Source: Squalus acanthias (lineage: Eukaryota). Taken from it: 64,000 nucleotides of DNA. Shown in pieces: positions 37,446 through 50,934 of this stretch. The notes below the pieces were generated by a model. It made no database searches, was not told the DNA's origin, and saw only the letters and a program-made list of their open reading frames with translations. The stretch's first letter is position 1, and the number at the start of each line of letters is the position of its first letter. The DNA lies in NCBI GenBank assembly GCA_030390025.1, contig CM059426.1, positions 138,508,001-138,572,000 on the forward strand, read 5' to 3'. The translations under genes and the position numbers were made by a program.

Positions 37446-38770
37446 GCAGCTTATCCCAGAACAAGCAGGTTTCTGCTCTTGGAAAGTTCTGTACAAGCCA
37501 ACTACTTAATCTGACCCAGCATATTGAAGATGGATTTGAACAAGGCCTAATAACTGGAGCTGTCTTTATTGACCTAGCAACTGCTTATGATGCTGTTGAT
37601 CACCGCATACTTGTGCAGGAGGTCTTTAATATGATGGAAGATGCTCGTCTTGCAGAGTTTATCCAAACTTTATTAGCAAATCGCCATTTTTTTCGTGGAA
37701 CTATGTGGTAAAAAATAACCGTTGGTGCTAGCAACGGAATGGACTCCCACAAGGTAGTGAGCTAGCACCGATACTGTTCAATATATATATCACTCAAAGC
37801 TGGACTTTTGATAGGATTGAAGTAACTCTGAGCGATGCCCTATCTGGCCTGACACAAATCCAGATAAGACACAAGTCTGTGCATTCCACCTCAAGAGCAG
37901 AGAAGCTGAACAGGAATTACATATTGGTATGGGAAAAGACTTGATCATTGTTTCAACCCTGTCTATCTTGGTGTGACATTGGATCGCACTTTGAGTTACA
38001 GGGAACAGATCATCAAGACCAAAGCTAAAGTTGGAGAAAATCTAAAGGACTAACATCCTATGAAATCTGTCTAGTTCAGTGAGGCACTGACCCAAACACT
38101 ACCAGGATTACAGCTCTAGCACTAGTTGAATATGCTTGCTCGATATGGGAACGCTCCGCCCATGCAAAGAAATTGAACTCAGTTCTTAATGCCTGCTGCC
38201 GCTGCCTTCAACCTACCGAGGTAGATGATCTTTATCTACATTTGTGTATTGCACCTCCAGAGATATTTAGAGGAACCATAGCCAGAGCTGAAAGAAACAG
38301 ACAATCTAACGATCCTAGTCTTCCATTGTGCCAGCACCATCCTGCTCAGAGTAGTGTAAAGTCGTGACGCAGCTTCCTGCACTCTGTCAATCCTCTCGAC
38401 TCCAGTGTGAAACGATGGAGAATTAACGCCCAGAGAACACATCTACAGATTAAGGCACATCGTCTGGATATCTAATCTGATGAGCATCTCCCAGCGGGAG
38501 CCTCTGAATTGTGGCCAATCTGGCAATTCCTCAACCGCTTACACACTAGTACTAGTCGATCAAATGTAGTGATGTGGGAATGGGGTTACAATGACAGTAA
38601 TTCAGTGATGCACGACTGTGGTGATGAGACGCAAAGGATGAACCATCTGTTCCACTGCCAACTCTTGACTGAGTCCTGTAATGCTACTGACCTTGCCAAA
38701 TACATTGATAATGCCAAGGCATCCGTAGCCTTGTGGCAGCGAAGAGTGTGAAATTATGATACGATGAATC
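37446..38770 (+). mobile_element. Ingi/Vingi-like LINE (5'-truncated, degraded) inserted in the centre of a palindromic MITE (37348-38855)
   Basis: LIPEQAGF, TGAVFIDLATAYDAV, NGLPQGSELAPILFNIY and C-terminal WQFLNRLHT...DCG...HLFHC. MITE arms with atagaacccacccgatttt / aaaatcaggtgggttctat flank it. Confidence 0.7.
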
Positions 38771-41700
38771 AAGTAAAAATCAGGTGGGTTCTATAAAGGG
38801 TGGGCAATCTGCCCACCAGATTACTGCCCAGCCAGTTAAGACGAAAATCTGTCCCGATGAGTACCACTGATTCAGCATTTTATACTATAACGTTTCCCTA
38901 AATTGGCCTCTACTTAGTACAACAAGGAGCCAAATTAGCAAATTTTCAGAGTTTTACATGGTTAATGTTTTATAACAAACTGAGCGGGAGGGATGATGAC
39001 AGTCGATGCTGTCATGTGGAGAATGCAGCTTTGGGGTTATGTTTAGGTTACAGAAACATCAGCATTAACCTTTGCATGGTAATTGATGCCACGTAACTGG
39101 AATTCTATACAGAAATGATTTGTTAGAAAGCTATTGTCCAGCTCTGTTAAACAGTGTATAATGTTTCTCACTTGTTACCTCTCTCCCTTTTTCACACTCG
39201 CTATCAAAATGTTTAACAGCCCAATCAATGAAATAAAGTCAAAGGCAATCTTAATGATACACGGGTTAAGAGTTGAAGCAGCCACTAAGAAGAAGAATGT
39301 AGAATTGGGTGTGAAATTGGCAGTGAAAGATTAACATCTTTATTTGATCTAGGTTTGGAATATACATGCTTTTCTAAATTAGTTAAAAAGCGGGTCAAAC
39401 AATACAAGACATAAATAATAATATAAATAGCCCTCCAAATTCAGCTGCCTGTGACAAAATTAAACTCCACACAGTAAATACGATAATTACTTTATATCTG
39501 CATTGAATCATTTGGAAATGCGTTGTTCCTACTTTGTTCACTGCGCCCCATGCCTGTCTCTTTTAAGCTATTGTGTCAGTGGCAACTCATTCCTCCTTCT
39601 TTTGGTCCATGTGAATAACCCCCTCTTCAAGCTTCATTCCACCACCGGTCCCTACCGGCAGATACCCTTTAGCTCGATTACTAATTTTAGCCGAGAATTC
39701 ACAACTGCTGCAAACCTTTTAGCATGAACTTCACTTTGCGCCTTGCCTCACACACGCATTTTATCTATCACCCAAGCATTGATTAAAGAATTTCTATAAC
39801 TGTAAATCGAAAATGATGTTATGTAAACTGATGTATATTATTCTCTAAAAACAATAACATTATTGGTATGGTTTATCTAAAGAAATGTTGCCAGGTAACT
39901 TTGGAGTTATTCATTAATAAAAACAAAATGTTAATCTTGCATGCCTCTATATTGGAGCCATAGACATATTTATCAATAAATAGTTGAGGTCTTCATTGAG
40001 AATGTTTTATAATTGCTAAAAAGTTGCTCTCAGTTGCAACAGTTTTATTTTTTCATTGATACTCTTGAATCTTAAAACTAAACCTACTAGAAGCAGGTGA
40101 ATTTCAATATTAAAGGTAAATAATGTTTCATACAACATGCTTTACAAGAAATTCTCACAACTTTTTAGCCCACATCCCATGAACGAATAAATTAAAAAAA
40201 TTCCAATGTGCTGTTTCTTGGCACACCAGGAGCATATATTGAAAAATTGACCACTCCCAGCCCGTGATTTTAGGAACATAGGAACAGGAGTAGGCCATTC
40301 AGCCGATCGAGCCTGGTCTGCCATTCAATTAGATCATGGCTGATCTGTATCTTAACTCCATTTACCCGTCATGGTTCCATAACCCTTAATACCCTTGCCA
40401 AGCAGGAGTCCGCCAGTGCCCAGCTGCAAAATTCCAGTGGTGCCATACCACTGCTCCAGCCCCAGAAGATGCAGTCGGGTATTTAAAGGGGCAGAAGAGC
40501 TCTGGAGATCAATGGAGTCTCGGGCTTGTAGGCTTCAGCAGAGACTGATAAGTGTATGGGAGCCTATATGGAGGGAGAGGCGGCTGCTACTAGGCCCTCT
40601 CCCTCCATTCCCTGATTTTGGGGTTACTACCACTTCTAGCCCAGGCCAACTGCCACCTTCCACATGGCAGTCAAAGGAAGTGATGGTAATTGGGATAAAC
40701 GGAGGGAAATCAGCCTGGGACGCAGACCGTGCTGGCATTTGCATGTAGCGGGTGGGGTAAAGATGGTCAATGGTGGTCTTGGTAGAGACACGGGGAGGAA
40801 ATACCAGGTCAGGGCGGTGAGGCGGTGGTAGGCCTCACCACCAGATTTTGCCTTAGTCTCCACTGCTATCCTGTTACATTTCAGGCAGGATCACAAAGGA
40901 GAATCCAGCTTCACCAGTCTACATTCCCAAGTCACCTGGTTAAGTGCTAGAACCGGTGTGATCAAATGGGCATGAATTCTGGACTTCACCTTCAGCCCTT
41001 CTGGACAGAGGGCATGGATGATACAAGAACCACAACCAGTCTCATTATCCCCTTGGCCCCCACTATAGGTGTGCTTAACCTGATTTCTGGAAGGCGAGAG
41101 TCATTGCGACATGCAGGTTTGCACAGTTGTCCCTGTTAGCACTGAGAAGATATCTACTTAGCAGTGGCATAGCCAATCATTCCATAATCTCTCCAAATCC
41201 AAACCAGCTAAGGCCTTAGGAAGTATCCAACTCCACAGCCAGTTCCCATGCCATTGAACATCCAACTCTCCTCCTTGCATCCAGTAAATATCCAGTCCAA
41301 TTGCTATCTGCCAGAAAATCAACACCTAGTCCTGTCCTTGTTTAACTGTCTGCATACATCTCTGTATAGTCTATGAATGCCGCTGGACTACATATACCAT
41401 ATCGCATCATTATCTGTCAATCTGTTCATTTAAAAATTTTAAAAATAGTAAATTTGGCTTTTGGTTCGAAAGTGATTTATAAAATAATTTAAAATGAATT
41501 ATTGTAGTGATCACCACGTGGTTTGGTAAGTAAATGCACTGCCCAGTACAGTACTGGGCTATACAGACCAGGAAGGCACCAGATTCAATTACTGGTCTGT
41601 CCCAATTTAGCTGCTATAATTGGCTTCAGTGCCTCTGGAATAATGAAGGAATAATCACCAGGGTCCTTGCTCCTGGTTACTATCCAGTGATTCATGCTGG

Positions 41701-42349
41701 AACGAGCACTTGTGTGAATGGTAAGAATCAATTTGGCTCTAATGCCGCCAACACCCCCACAGGTGAATATCCTATAACACTAAGACCTAGATTTTCTGAG
41801 GTGTCACTAACTGATTTCAGGCGTTACTGGGGTGGGAAGTCGGCCGGGGAGCCATTATACCAGCTCCCTGCTGAGTGCTGCCACTGCCGTGACATCGGCT
41901 GCCGAATAGGCCTGCCCTAAATGTGGGCAGGTGTATTCTAATGAGATGGTAATGACAGAACAAGCTCATCTGTTATGTTCTCCGCCATTACTGCCATAGC
42001 AACGCTGGGTGTTGGGTCTGCTGATGTACAATAGGTATTCAGTTTTGCTACTACGGGTAGTTTAATGGTCCTTTAAATTTTAAATCTCTGATTGATTCAG
42101 TTTTCAGCCTGTGAAAGTTGAAATTATTCCAATGCGGCAGCCTTCATGGTGCAGCCCAGGAGGCTAAAAATTGCTAATTAGGGTCAGTGCTGGGCAGATG
42201 GGCAGGTGCCACGCTGCCAGCGGCAATGAGTGATTGTGTTACTGATAATGAACTGCAGAGAGATATTTATATAGTTCTGTTCATTGTTGAATGAAACATT
42301 AGTAACAAAAATAAAAAGAGGTGATGTGTAGATTTCTTCCTTTCGCCCA

Positions 42350-43225
42350 GTGCCACCTCAGCTCAGTTTGTAGCACTTTTGCCTTTGAGTCAGAAGGACG
42401 TGATTTGAAGACCCACTTCTAAACTTAAGCCTTAGTTCAGTTTGAAACACTCTTGCCTCTGAGTCAGAAAATGATAGGTTCAAGCCCCAGTCCAGCATTT
42501 GAACACGTAATCTAGGTCGATACTTCAGTGCAGTACTGAGGGACTGCTGCATTGTTGGAGGTCCTGTTTTTTGGACGAGATGTTAAACTGAAGCCATATC
42601 TGCCTTTCTCAGGTGGACATAAAATGTCCCATGGCACTATTTGAAGAATAGCAGAAGAGTTCTCCCAGTGTCCGGGCCAACAGTTGTCCCTCAAGCAACA
42701 CCACCAAAAGCAGACTATCTGGTCAATTATCTCATTGATGTTTGTAGGATCTTGATGTGTGAAAATTGGCTGCCACATTTGCCTGCACTTCCAAGAACTG
42801 AATCTGCTCTTTTAAATAGAATAACCTCCTCAAATGGTGGTATTTCAACCTAATTTACTTCAAAAGTACTTCATTGGCCATAAAGTGCTGTGGGATGTCC
42901 TGAGGACGTGAAAGGTGCTACATAAATGCAAGTTTCTTTAAGCATAGAATCTCGGCTGCTACTTAAATTAAGCACTGAGGGAGTGTTGCATCATTGGAAG
43001 TTCCTTTTCTCGAATAAGGTGGTAAACCAAGGGCACACCTGCCTCTTGAAATGAATATTAAAGATCCCTCGGCACTGTTCAAAATTGGAAAATTACTGGC
43101 TGAGAGACTGTAATTTTGCATGTACCAGAAGCAGCACAGTGGAACTTTTACCCCCAATGTCTGTGAAGTGCTTTGGTGTGCTTTCAAGAACCTTGAATAA
43201 GGCATTATGGAAATGCAGGTCTTTT
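42350..43225 (+). mobile_element. Cluster of SacSINE1-like SINE copies
   Basis: Duplicated heads (tgagtcagaa), Deu core and aaatgcaag tails near 42930 and 43215. Confidence 0.75.
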
Positions 43226-43239
43226 TTATTTAGCTACAA

Positions 43240-44280
43240 AATAAGTGTCTAAGTTTCCCTTTTTGCCTTATCCTACCCTGTATGCCTCTTGGCATCCAGG
43301 GGGCTCTACTTTTGGGAACCGTCTGAACCCTCACTATCTCCTCCCACTGCTCTGACACTGATTTACCTTCAAGTAGCTGTTTCCAGTCCACTTTTGCTGA
43401 CTCACATCTCAGCTTAGTAAAATTGGCCTTTCCCCAATTGAGAACTTTTACTCTTGGTCTATCTTTGTCCTTTTCCATAACTACGCTAAATCTAACTGAA
43501 TTATGATCACTACCCCCTCTCTCTATGTAACCAAGAATGTTGAGCTGCCATTCCTGGCCTTCTTTCAGCCATGTTTCAGTAATAGCTATGATATCATACT
43601 TCCACGTGTCTATCTGTGCCCTCAGCTCATCTGCCTTATTTACTAGACTCCTTGCATTGAAGTATATACCATTAAGCACTGCCAAATCCCTTTGTTGTCT
43701 ATTTTCTAGCCTTTGTTTCCTCTGCCTTCCAAACTCACTTACTAATTTACTGCCTTCTATTTCCAGCTTTGCTTCTCTCCCTTCTGAATCTACACTCAGG
43801 TTCCCATCCCCCCGCCAAGCTAGTTTAAATCCTCTCCAACAGCACTAGCAAACCTCCCTGCCTGGGCCCATTGGGGTGCAACCCGTCCGGCTTGTACAAG
43901 TCCCATCTCCGCCAGAACCGGTCCCAATGCCTCCGGAATCTAAAGCCCTCCCTCCTGCACCATCTCTCCAGCCATGCATTCCTCTGCTCTATCCTCCTAT
44001 TTCTACTACTTTGGAGGTCCAGCTTATTAATCTCTTTCCTAGCTCCCTAAAATCTGCCTGCAGGACTTCATCCCTCTTTCTACCTATGTCATTGGTACCG
44101 ATATAAACCACGACCTCTGGCTGTTCACCCTGCCCCCTCAGAATATCCTGCAGCCACTCAGTGACATCCTTGATCCTGGCACCAGGGAGGCAAAATACTA
44201 TTCTGGAGTCACGTCTGCGGCCGCAGAAACGCCTGTCTGTTCCCCTAATTATTGAATCTCCTATCACTATTGCTTTTTTG
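43240..44280 (-). mobile_element. Internally deleted CR1 fragment (ORF1 esterase and ORF2 N-terminus)
   Basis: AIVIGDSIIRG...IGTND in ORF 43989..44495 and YFNARSL...AITETWL in ORF 43230..43685. Confidence 0.88.
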
Positions 44281-44284
44281 ACCA

Positions 44285-46015
44285 GGGGGTCAGCGGGTAC
44301 GTTTGGTGGCAGGTCGGGTGGGAAAATGTTTTTTTCCCCCAGCGGATCGGGACCCCGCTGTGAACCCGCCGCCATGCGCCCTTTCCCAATGTCGGGTCTG
44401 TCAGCGCTGAGCAGACCTGAAACGCTGCGGCGGGGGACCCAATTCAGGTAATTATGACCTTGTTTCGAGACCATTAAGAATACATTTGAGCTCACCTTTT
44501 GATTTTACGGGCTCGCCCACTGGGTCCTTGCTGCTCGGGGTTCACGTCTGTTAATCTGAGGCAGGAGTTCAGTGGCCATTGAATCAGCTGTTGAATTGAC
44601 AGCTTCAAATGTAAAGTAAAAGCTCCCACCTTACAGAGATATCTTCCCTCAGCCACAAGCTGTTCCTCACTGCATTTCCACAACAGATTCACCATGCTTT
44701 ACACAAGTCTCCATCCAGTCTGACCTCATTACCTCTCTCACCATTGACAGATCGCTTCTGTCAGCTCTACTTCACTTGCCATCTATTCCATCGGCATGGG
44801 TGCCCTTTATACTCTCTCACCTTGGTCCTCAGAATCGGACCACGATCAGCCCCAACACCAGCAGCACCAGGCACACCAGCAACACCAACAACAACACCAA
44901 CCTTCTCCACAATCACCTGATGCTGCACAGGACAGAAGGCATCAGCACCCGACCACATTGCTGCCTGTGATGCCAGGGATGGCCTCACCATGGCCAGATT
45001 TACTTCACTTGACGCGGTACACCCTGGCTGCCACATGATGCGTCAGGTTGGCACCACCCCACACCAACACCATAAAGCATCCCTACAATGTCCAAGCCAT
45101 TCCTCTCACACTCATGACCAATGAGGGGGGTACCGTTATGTCTCACCATTCACTGCAACTCACTAAGCCACTTCCAAAGGTGCCCACAAATCTGTCCAAG
45201 AATGCAAAGTGTTGAAAATAAAGGTTTCAATGTTTGACAGCACATTAACAGAAACTTTTCATGAACATTGGATAAAACACCCAAGTGCCTTCCCTTGTGT
45301 GTTGTTAGTTGGTATGATTGCACTAGGATGAGGGTGAGTGTGAGGGGTGGCTAGTAAGATGGGGATGTGATAATATAGATAGAGAGAGAGGGATAGGTGG
45401 AGGTCCAAGGTAAGTTGGTGTGAGTAAGGATGTGCAGGAGTAGGGTAGAGAAGGCAGCGTGATGGGGATGTGATGAGAGGCTCAGCAGGATGAGGTTGAG
45501 CGATCTACTAAGATCATTGAAGAGTTTTCTCCACTGCATCCAGGTTTTCCTGACCACATCCCTGCTTGTGCCCTCCTGTACAATGTGCAACCAGGCTGCA
45601 CTGATCTCCTGGGGAGGTCTCTTCCGTCCATGGGAAGGGTAGAGGACCTCCCTGCGTGCTGTGACTCCCTCCATAAGCATATGGAGGGAGTCATGGGAGA
45701 GCCTGGGTGCAGACTTGTGCTTTTGTGTAGTCATTGTCAGTGTTTGCAGCACCTCAGTGCTGTAGAACACTGACAGCACAAATGTCAAAATAAAGTTGGC
45801 CATGGTCCCTTTAAGGAAACCGGCTGATGACGCATCATCAAATGATGTCGCCAGACCCGGTTCCTCTAATTGGCCGGGAAACGCATTGGGCGGGCTTAAC
45901 AAGCCCCATTGAGGGAAATTCATTTTACAGAGCGGGATGGAGCTAGCAGCAGGGTAGGGTCCCGCACTGACGTCGCCCGCCATGGACCCACCGAGGTCAG
46001 CAAAATCGCGGTCAT
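44285..46015 (-). mobile_element. Internally deleted Harbinger element with Myb/SANT-like ORF, relative of 15525-17017 in opposite orientation
   Basis: ORF 45351..45983 (PRLSHDSLHMLMEGV...AWLHIVQ...KTWMQWRKLFNDL). Shares the LSPWSSESD(D/H)DQP segment with 16378-16470. Confidence 0.78.
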
Positions 46016-46304
46016 CATGTTTATAAAATACAGTTTTTATTTGTCAGTTGGCACAAGATTATAGATAAAAGTTTGATGAACTGCAGATGTTAGCAGATTT
46101 TTGGGTACCTTATTTTGTGCTATCTTGCTGTGCATAATATGGTTGCCATATTTGTCTAGAAAACAATAAGATATTGCAATTCAAAGTAAGTGTATTGGAG
46201 ATCTTTTACTGGTGTTTAAACAGTTTCTAAAATAAATAATTTTTTCAAAAAGGTGACTGTTAAAATTGGCCTTTATTTTACATTAGCAAACTTGGTTAGA
46301 CAGT

Positions 46305-48265
46305 TTGGTGGTGTGTGACTTGGAGGGGAATTAGTGGTGGTGGTGTTCCCATGCGCCTGCTGCCCTTGTCCTTCTAGGTGCAAGAGGTCGCGGGTTTGGG
46401 AGGTGCTGCTGAAGAAGCCTTGGCGAGTTGCTGCAGTGCATCTTGTAGATGGTACACACTGCAGCCATGGTACACCAGTGGTGGAGAGAGTGAATGTTTA
46501 AGGTGGTGGATGGGTTCCCAATCAAGCGGGCTGCTTTGTCCTGGATGGTGTTGAGCTTCTTGAGTGTTGTTGGAGCTGCACTCATCCAGGCAAGTGGAGA
46601 ATATTCCATCACACTCCTGACTTGTGCCTTGTAGATGGTGGAAAGGCTTTGGGGAGTCAGGAGGTGAGACACTCGCCACAGAATACCTAGCCTCTGACCT
46701 GCTCTTGTTGCCACAGTATTTATGTGGCTGGTCCAGTTAAGTTTCTGGTCAATGGTGACCCCCAGGATGTTGATGGTGGGAGATTCAGCGATGGTAATGC
46801 TGTTGAATGTCAAGGAGCGGTGGTTTGACTCTCGCTTGTTGGAGATAGTCATTGCCTGGCACTTGTGTGACGCGAATGTTACCTGCCACTTATCAGCCTT
46901 GGCGAGTTGCTGCAGTGCATCTTGTAGGTGCTACACACTGCAGTCACGGTACGCCGGTGGTAGAGGGAGTGAATGTTTAAGGTGGTGGATTGGGTGCCAA
47001 TCAAGTGGGCTGCTTTGTCCTGGATGGTGTTGAGCTTCTTGAGTGCTGTTGGAGCTGCACTCATGCAACGTCGTCCAGGTCTTGTTGCATGCGGGCATGA
47101 ACTGCTTCATTATCTGAGGAGTTGTGAATGGCACTGAACACTGTGCAGTCATCAGCGAACATCCCCATTTCTGACCTTATGTTGGAGGGAAGGTCATTGA
47201 TGAAGTAGCTGAATCTGGTTGGGCCTAGGACACTGCCCTGAATAACTGCTGAAGCGATGTCCTGGGGCTGTGATGATTGACCATCAACCACCACAACCAT
47301 CTTCCTTTGTGCTAGGTATGACTCCAGCCAGTGGAGAGTTTTCCCCCCCGATTCCCATTGACTTCAGTTTTACTAGGGCTCCTTGATGCCACACTCGGTC
47401 AAATGTTGCCTTGATGTAAAGGGCAGTCACTCTCACCTCACCTCTGGAATTCAGCTCCTTTCTCCATGTTTGGACCAAGGCTGTAATGAGGTCGGGAGCC
47501 GAGTGGTCTTAGCGGAACCCAAACTGGGCATCAGTGAGCAGGTTATTGGTGAGTAAGTGCTGCTTGATAGCACTGTCGATGACACCTTCCATCACTTTGC
47601 TGATGATTGAGAGTAGACTGATGGGGTGGTAATTGGCTGGATTGGATTTGTCCTGCTTTTTGTGGACAGGACATACCTGGGCAGTTTTCCACATTGTCAG
47701 ATAGATGCCAGTGTTCTAGCTGTACTTGAAGAGCTTAGCTAGAGGCGCGGCTAGTTCTGGAAAACAAGTCTTTAGTACTACAGCCGGGATGTTGTCGGGG
47801 CCCATAGCCTTTGCCGTATCCAGTGCACTCAGCCGTTTCTTGATATCACGTGGAGTGAATTGAATTGGCTGAAGACTGGCTTCTGTGATGGTAGGGAGCT
47901 AAGGAGGAGGCCGATATGGATCATCCACTTGGCACTTCTGCCTGAAGATGGTTGCAAACGCTTCAGCCTTGTCTTTTGTACTCATGTGCTGGGCTCCACC
48001 GTCATTGAGGATGGGGATATTCATGGAGCCTCTTCCTCCCGTTAGTTGTTTAATGGTCCACCACCATTCACAACTGGATGTGGCAGGACTGCAGAGCTTT
48101 GATCTGATCCATTGATTGTGGGATCTCTTAGCCCTGTCTATAGCATAATGCTTCCGCTTTTTAGCATGCATGTAGTCCTGTGTTGCAGCTTTCCCAGGTT
48201 GGCACCTCATTTTTAGGTACGCCTGGTGCTGCTCCTGGCATGCTCTTCTACACTCCTTATTGAAC
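46305..48265 (-). mobile_element. LINE of a second CR1/L2-group family (RT and C-terminus) with an internal duplication
   Basis: ORFs with QGSVLGP, FADD and STIYKAQVRSVMEYSPLAW. Confidence 0.88.
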
Positions 48266-48269
48266 CAAT

Positions 48270-50185
48270 ACTACAGAAAGCCTAGACAGTTTAGAAAGTG
48301 CAGGGGTGAAATTAGAAAGGAAGGTAGGAAAGCAAAGAGAGGGCATGAAAAAATATTGGCAAGTAAAATCAAGGAAAACCCAAAGATGTTTTATAAATAC
48401 ATGAAGAGCAAGAGAATAACTAAGGAAAGATTAGGGCCTATTAGAGACCAAAAAGGTAACTTGTGTGTGGAGACGGAAGACATGGGTATGGTTCTTAATG
48501 AATACTTTGCATGTCTTCACAAAAGAGAGGGATGATGCAGACATTGTAGTTAAGGAGGAGGAGTGTGAAATATTAGATAAGATAAACATAGTGAAAACGG
48601 AAGTATTAAGGGGTTTGAAAGTAGATAAATCGCCAGGCCCGGATGAAATGTGTCCCAGGCTGTTAAGAGAAGCAAGGGAGGAAATAGCAGACCATCATTT
48701 TCAATCCTCTCTGGCTACAGGTGTAGTGCCAGAGGACTGGAGGACTGCTAACGTTGTACCATTGCTTAAAAAGGGAGAAAGGGATAGACCGAGTAATTAC
48801 AGGCCAGTCAGCCTAACCTCGGTGGTGGGCAAATTATTGGAAAAAATTCTGAGTGACAGTATAAACTGTCATTTAGAGAGGCACGGATTAATCAAGGACA
48901 GGCAGTATGGATTTGTTAAGGGAAGGTCGTGTCTGACTAACCTGATTGAATTTTTTGAGTAGGTAAATAGGAGCGTTGACGAGGGTAGTGCATTTGTTGT
49001 AGTCTACATGGATTTTAGCAAGGCTTTTGACAAGGTCCCACATAGCAGACTGGTCAGAAAAGTAAAAACCCATGGCATCCAATGGAAAGTGGCAAGTTGG
49101 ATCCAAAATCGGCTCAGTGGCAGAAATCAAAGAGTAATGGCCGACTATATTTTTGTGACTGGAAGGCTGTTTCCAGTGGGGTTACGCAGGGCTCAGTACT
49201 AGTTCCCTGCTTTTTGTGGGATATATCAATGATTTAGATTTCAATGTAGGAGGCATGATTAAGAAGTTTTCAGATGATACAAACATTGGCCGTGAGGTTG
49301 ACAGTGATGAAGAAAGCTGTAGACTGCAGGAAGATATCAATGGACTGGTCAGGTGAGCAGAAAAGTGGCAAATGGAATTCAATCCGGAGAAGTGTGAGGT
49401 AATACATTTGGGAGGGCTAACAAGGCAAGGGAATACACAATAAATGGTAGGATACTGAGAAGTGTAGAGGAACAGAGGGACATTGGAGTGCATGTCCACA
49501 GATCGCTGAAGGTAGCAGGACAAGTAGATAAAGTGGTTAAGAAGGCATACGAGATACTTTCCTTTATTAGTCAAGGCATAGAATATAAGAGTAAGGAGGT
49601 TATGCTTGAACTGTATAAAACCCTAGTTAGGCCTCAGCTAGAGTACTGCGTACAGTTCTGGTCACCACATTACAGGAAAGATGTGATTGCACTAGAGAGG
49701 GTACAGAGGAGATTTACGAGGATGTTGCCAGGACTGAAGAATTTTAGCTGTGAGGAACGATTGGATGGGCTGGGGTTGTTTTCTTTGGAACAGAGGAGGC
49801 TGAGGGGAGACTTGATTGAGGTGTTTAAAATTATGAGGGGCCTAGATAGAGTGGATAGGAAGGGGCTATTTCCCCTAGCAGAGAGGTCAATAACCAGGGG
49901 GCATAGATTTAAAGTAATTGGTAGAAGGATGAGAGAGGAGTTGAGGAGAACTTTTTTCACCCAGAGGGTGGTGGGGGTCTGGAACTCACTGTCTGAGAGG
50001 GTGGTAGAGGCAGAAACTCTCATCACATTTAAAAAGTACTTGGATATGCACTTGAAGTGCTGTAATGTACAAGGCTACGGACCAAGAGCTGGAAAGTGAG
50101 ATTAGGCTGGAGAGCTCTTTTTCGGCTGGCACGGACATGATGGGCTGAATGGCCTCCTTCTGTGCCGTAAATTTCTATGATCTAT
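48270..50185 (+). mobile_element. CR1 LINE ORF2, 5'-truncated
   Basis: ORFs 48260..48535, 48465..48962 and 49488..50099, with tttctatgatctat tail. Confidence 0.93.
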
Positions 50186-50934
50186 GGGGGAAAAATTAGG
50201 TCGCGCCCCATTTGGGGCGCAAATATCGTCTGGACGCAAATATTAGCGCCTGGCGCTAATTATCGCCACTGACTGGAAACTTCACTTTTACCGCCCCGGG
50301 AGGTGAGTGGAGCGCTAAATCAGGCGCTGCACACCTGTCTTAAGGCGCAAAGGCCGAGCAGTGAGGCGCTAACTCAGCGCGCGAGCGCAGCGCAGCTGCT
50401 GCCAGTTAGCGAGGGAACACAGACACACTGGCGCCGGCCAGTTCTTAAAGCAGGGGGGGGGGGGGGGCAACTGTTAGGATCAGTAGGCAAAACTACCTCA
50501 CAAAGCGTTGAGTCAATGCAGAAGTCTCTCTTTCTCTCTCTCCGAATCTCTCTCTCTCTCTCTCAGAACGAGTGGTGCAAAAATGTCAACCACAGAAAAA
50601 GACAGGAAGAGGCCCCCTTTAAATAGCGCCCCCCCCAGCCCCACAGCGATTGATAGCGTTCCAGTCTTCCGGTCGTTGGATGCGCCAGGCGGTAAGGCAG
50701 GGGGCGCCACTCAATTTCCGCTCCGGGGCGCCACAAGGGCGTTGCACCATGGAATGACGTCACAATCTGCGCGCGCAGGTGGTCGCAGCGGTAAAGTTTA
50801 GCGCCGCCGCACAATCTCTAGTTAAGTTCCCGAGCGGCGCAAACATCGCTGCGCCCGGGCGTTAGCGGCTTTGCGCCCCATTAGCGCCCTCTTAAGGCGC
50901 TAACGGGAGGCGCAACCAACTGAATTTTTACCCC
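50186..50934. mobile_element. CpG-rich non-autonomous Harbinger-type element inserted in the CR1 tail
   Basis: gggggaaaaatt...aatttttacccc TIRs and 3-bp TSD TAT. Confidence 0.8.

Noticed and set aside
48240-48300. Head-to-head junction of two LINE families as a chimeric element
   Set aside because: No shared TSD was seen. Independent insertion with truncation or deletion explains it.
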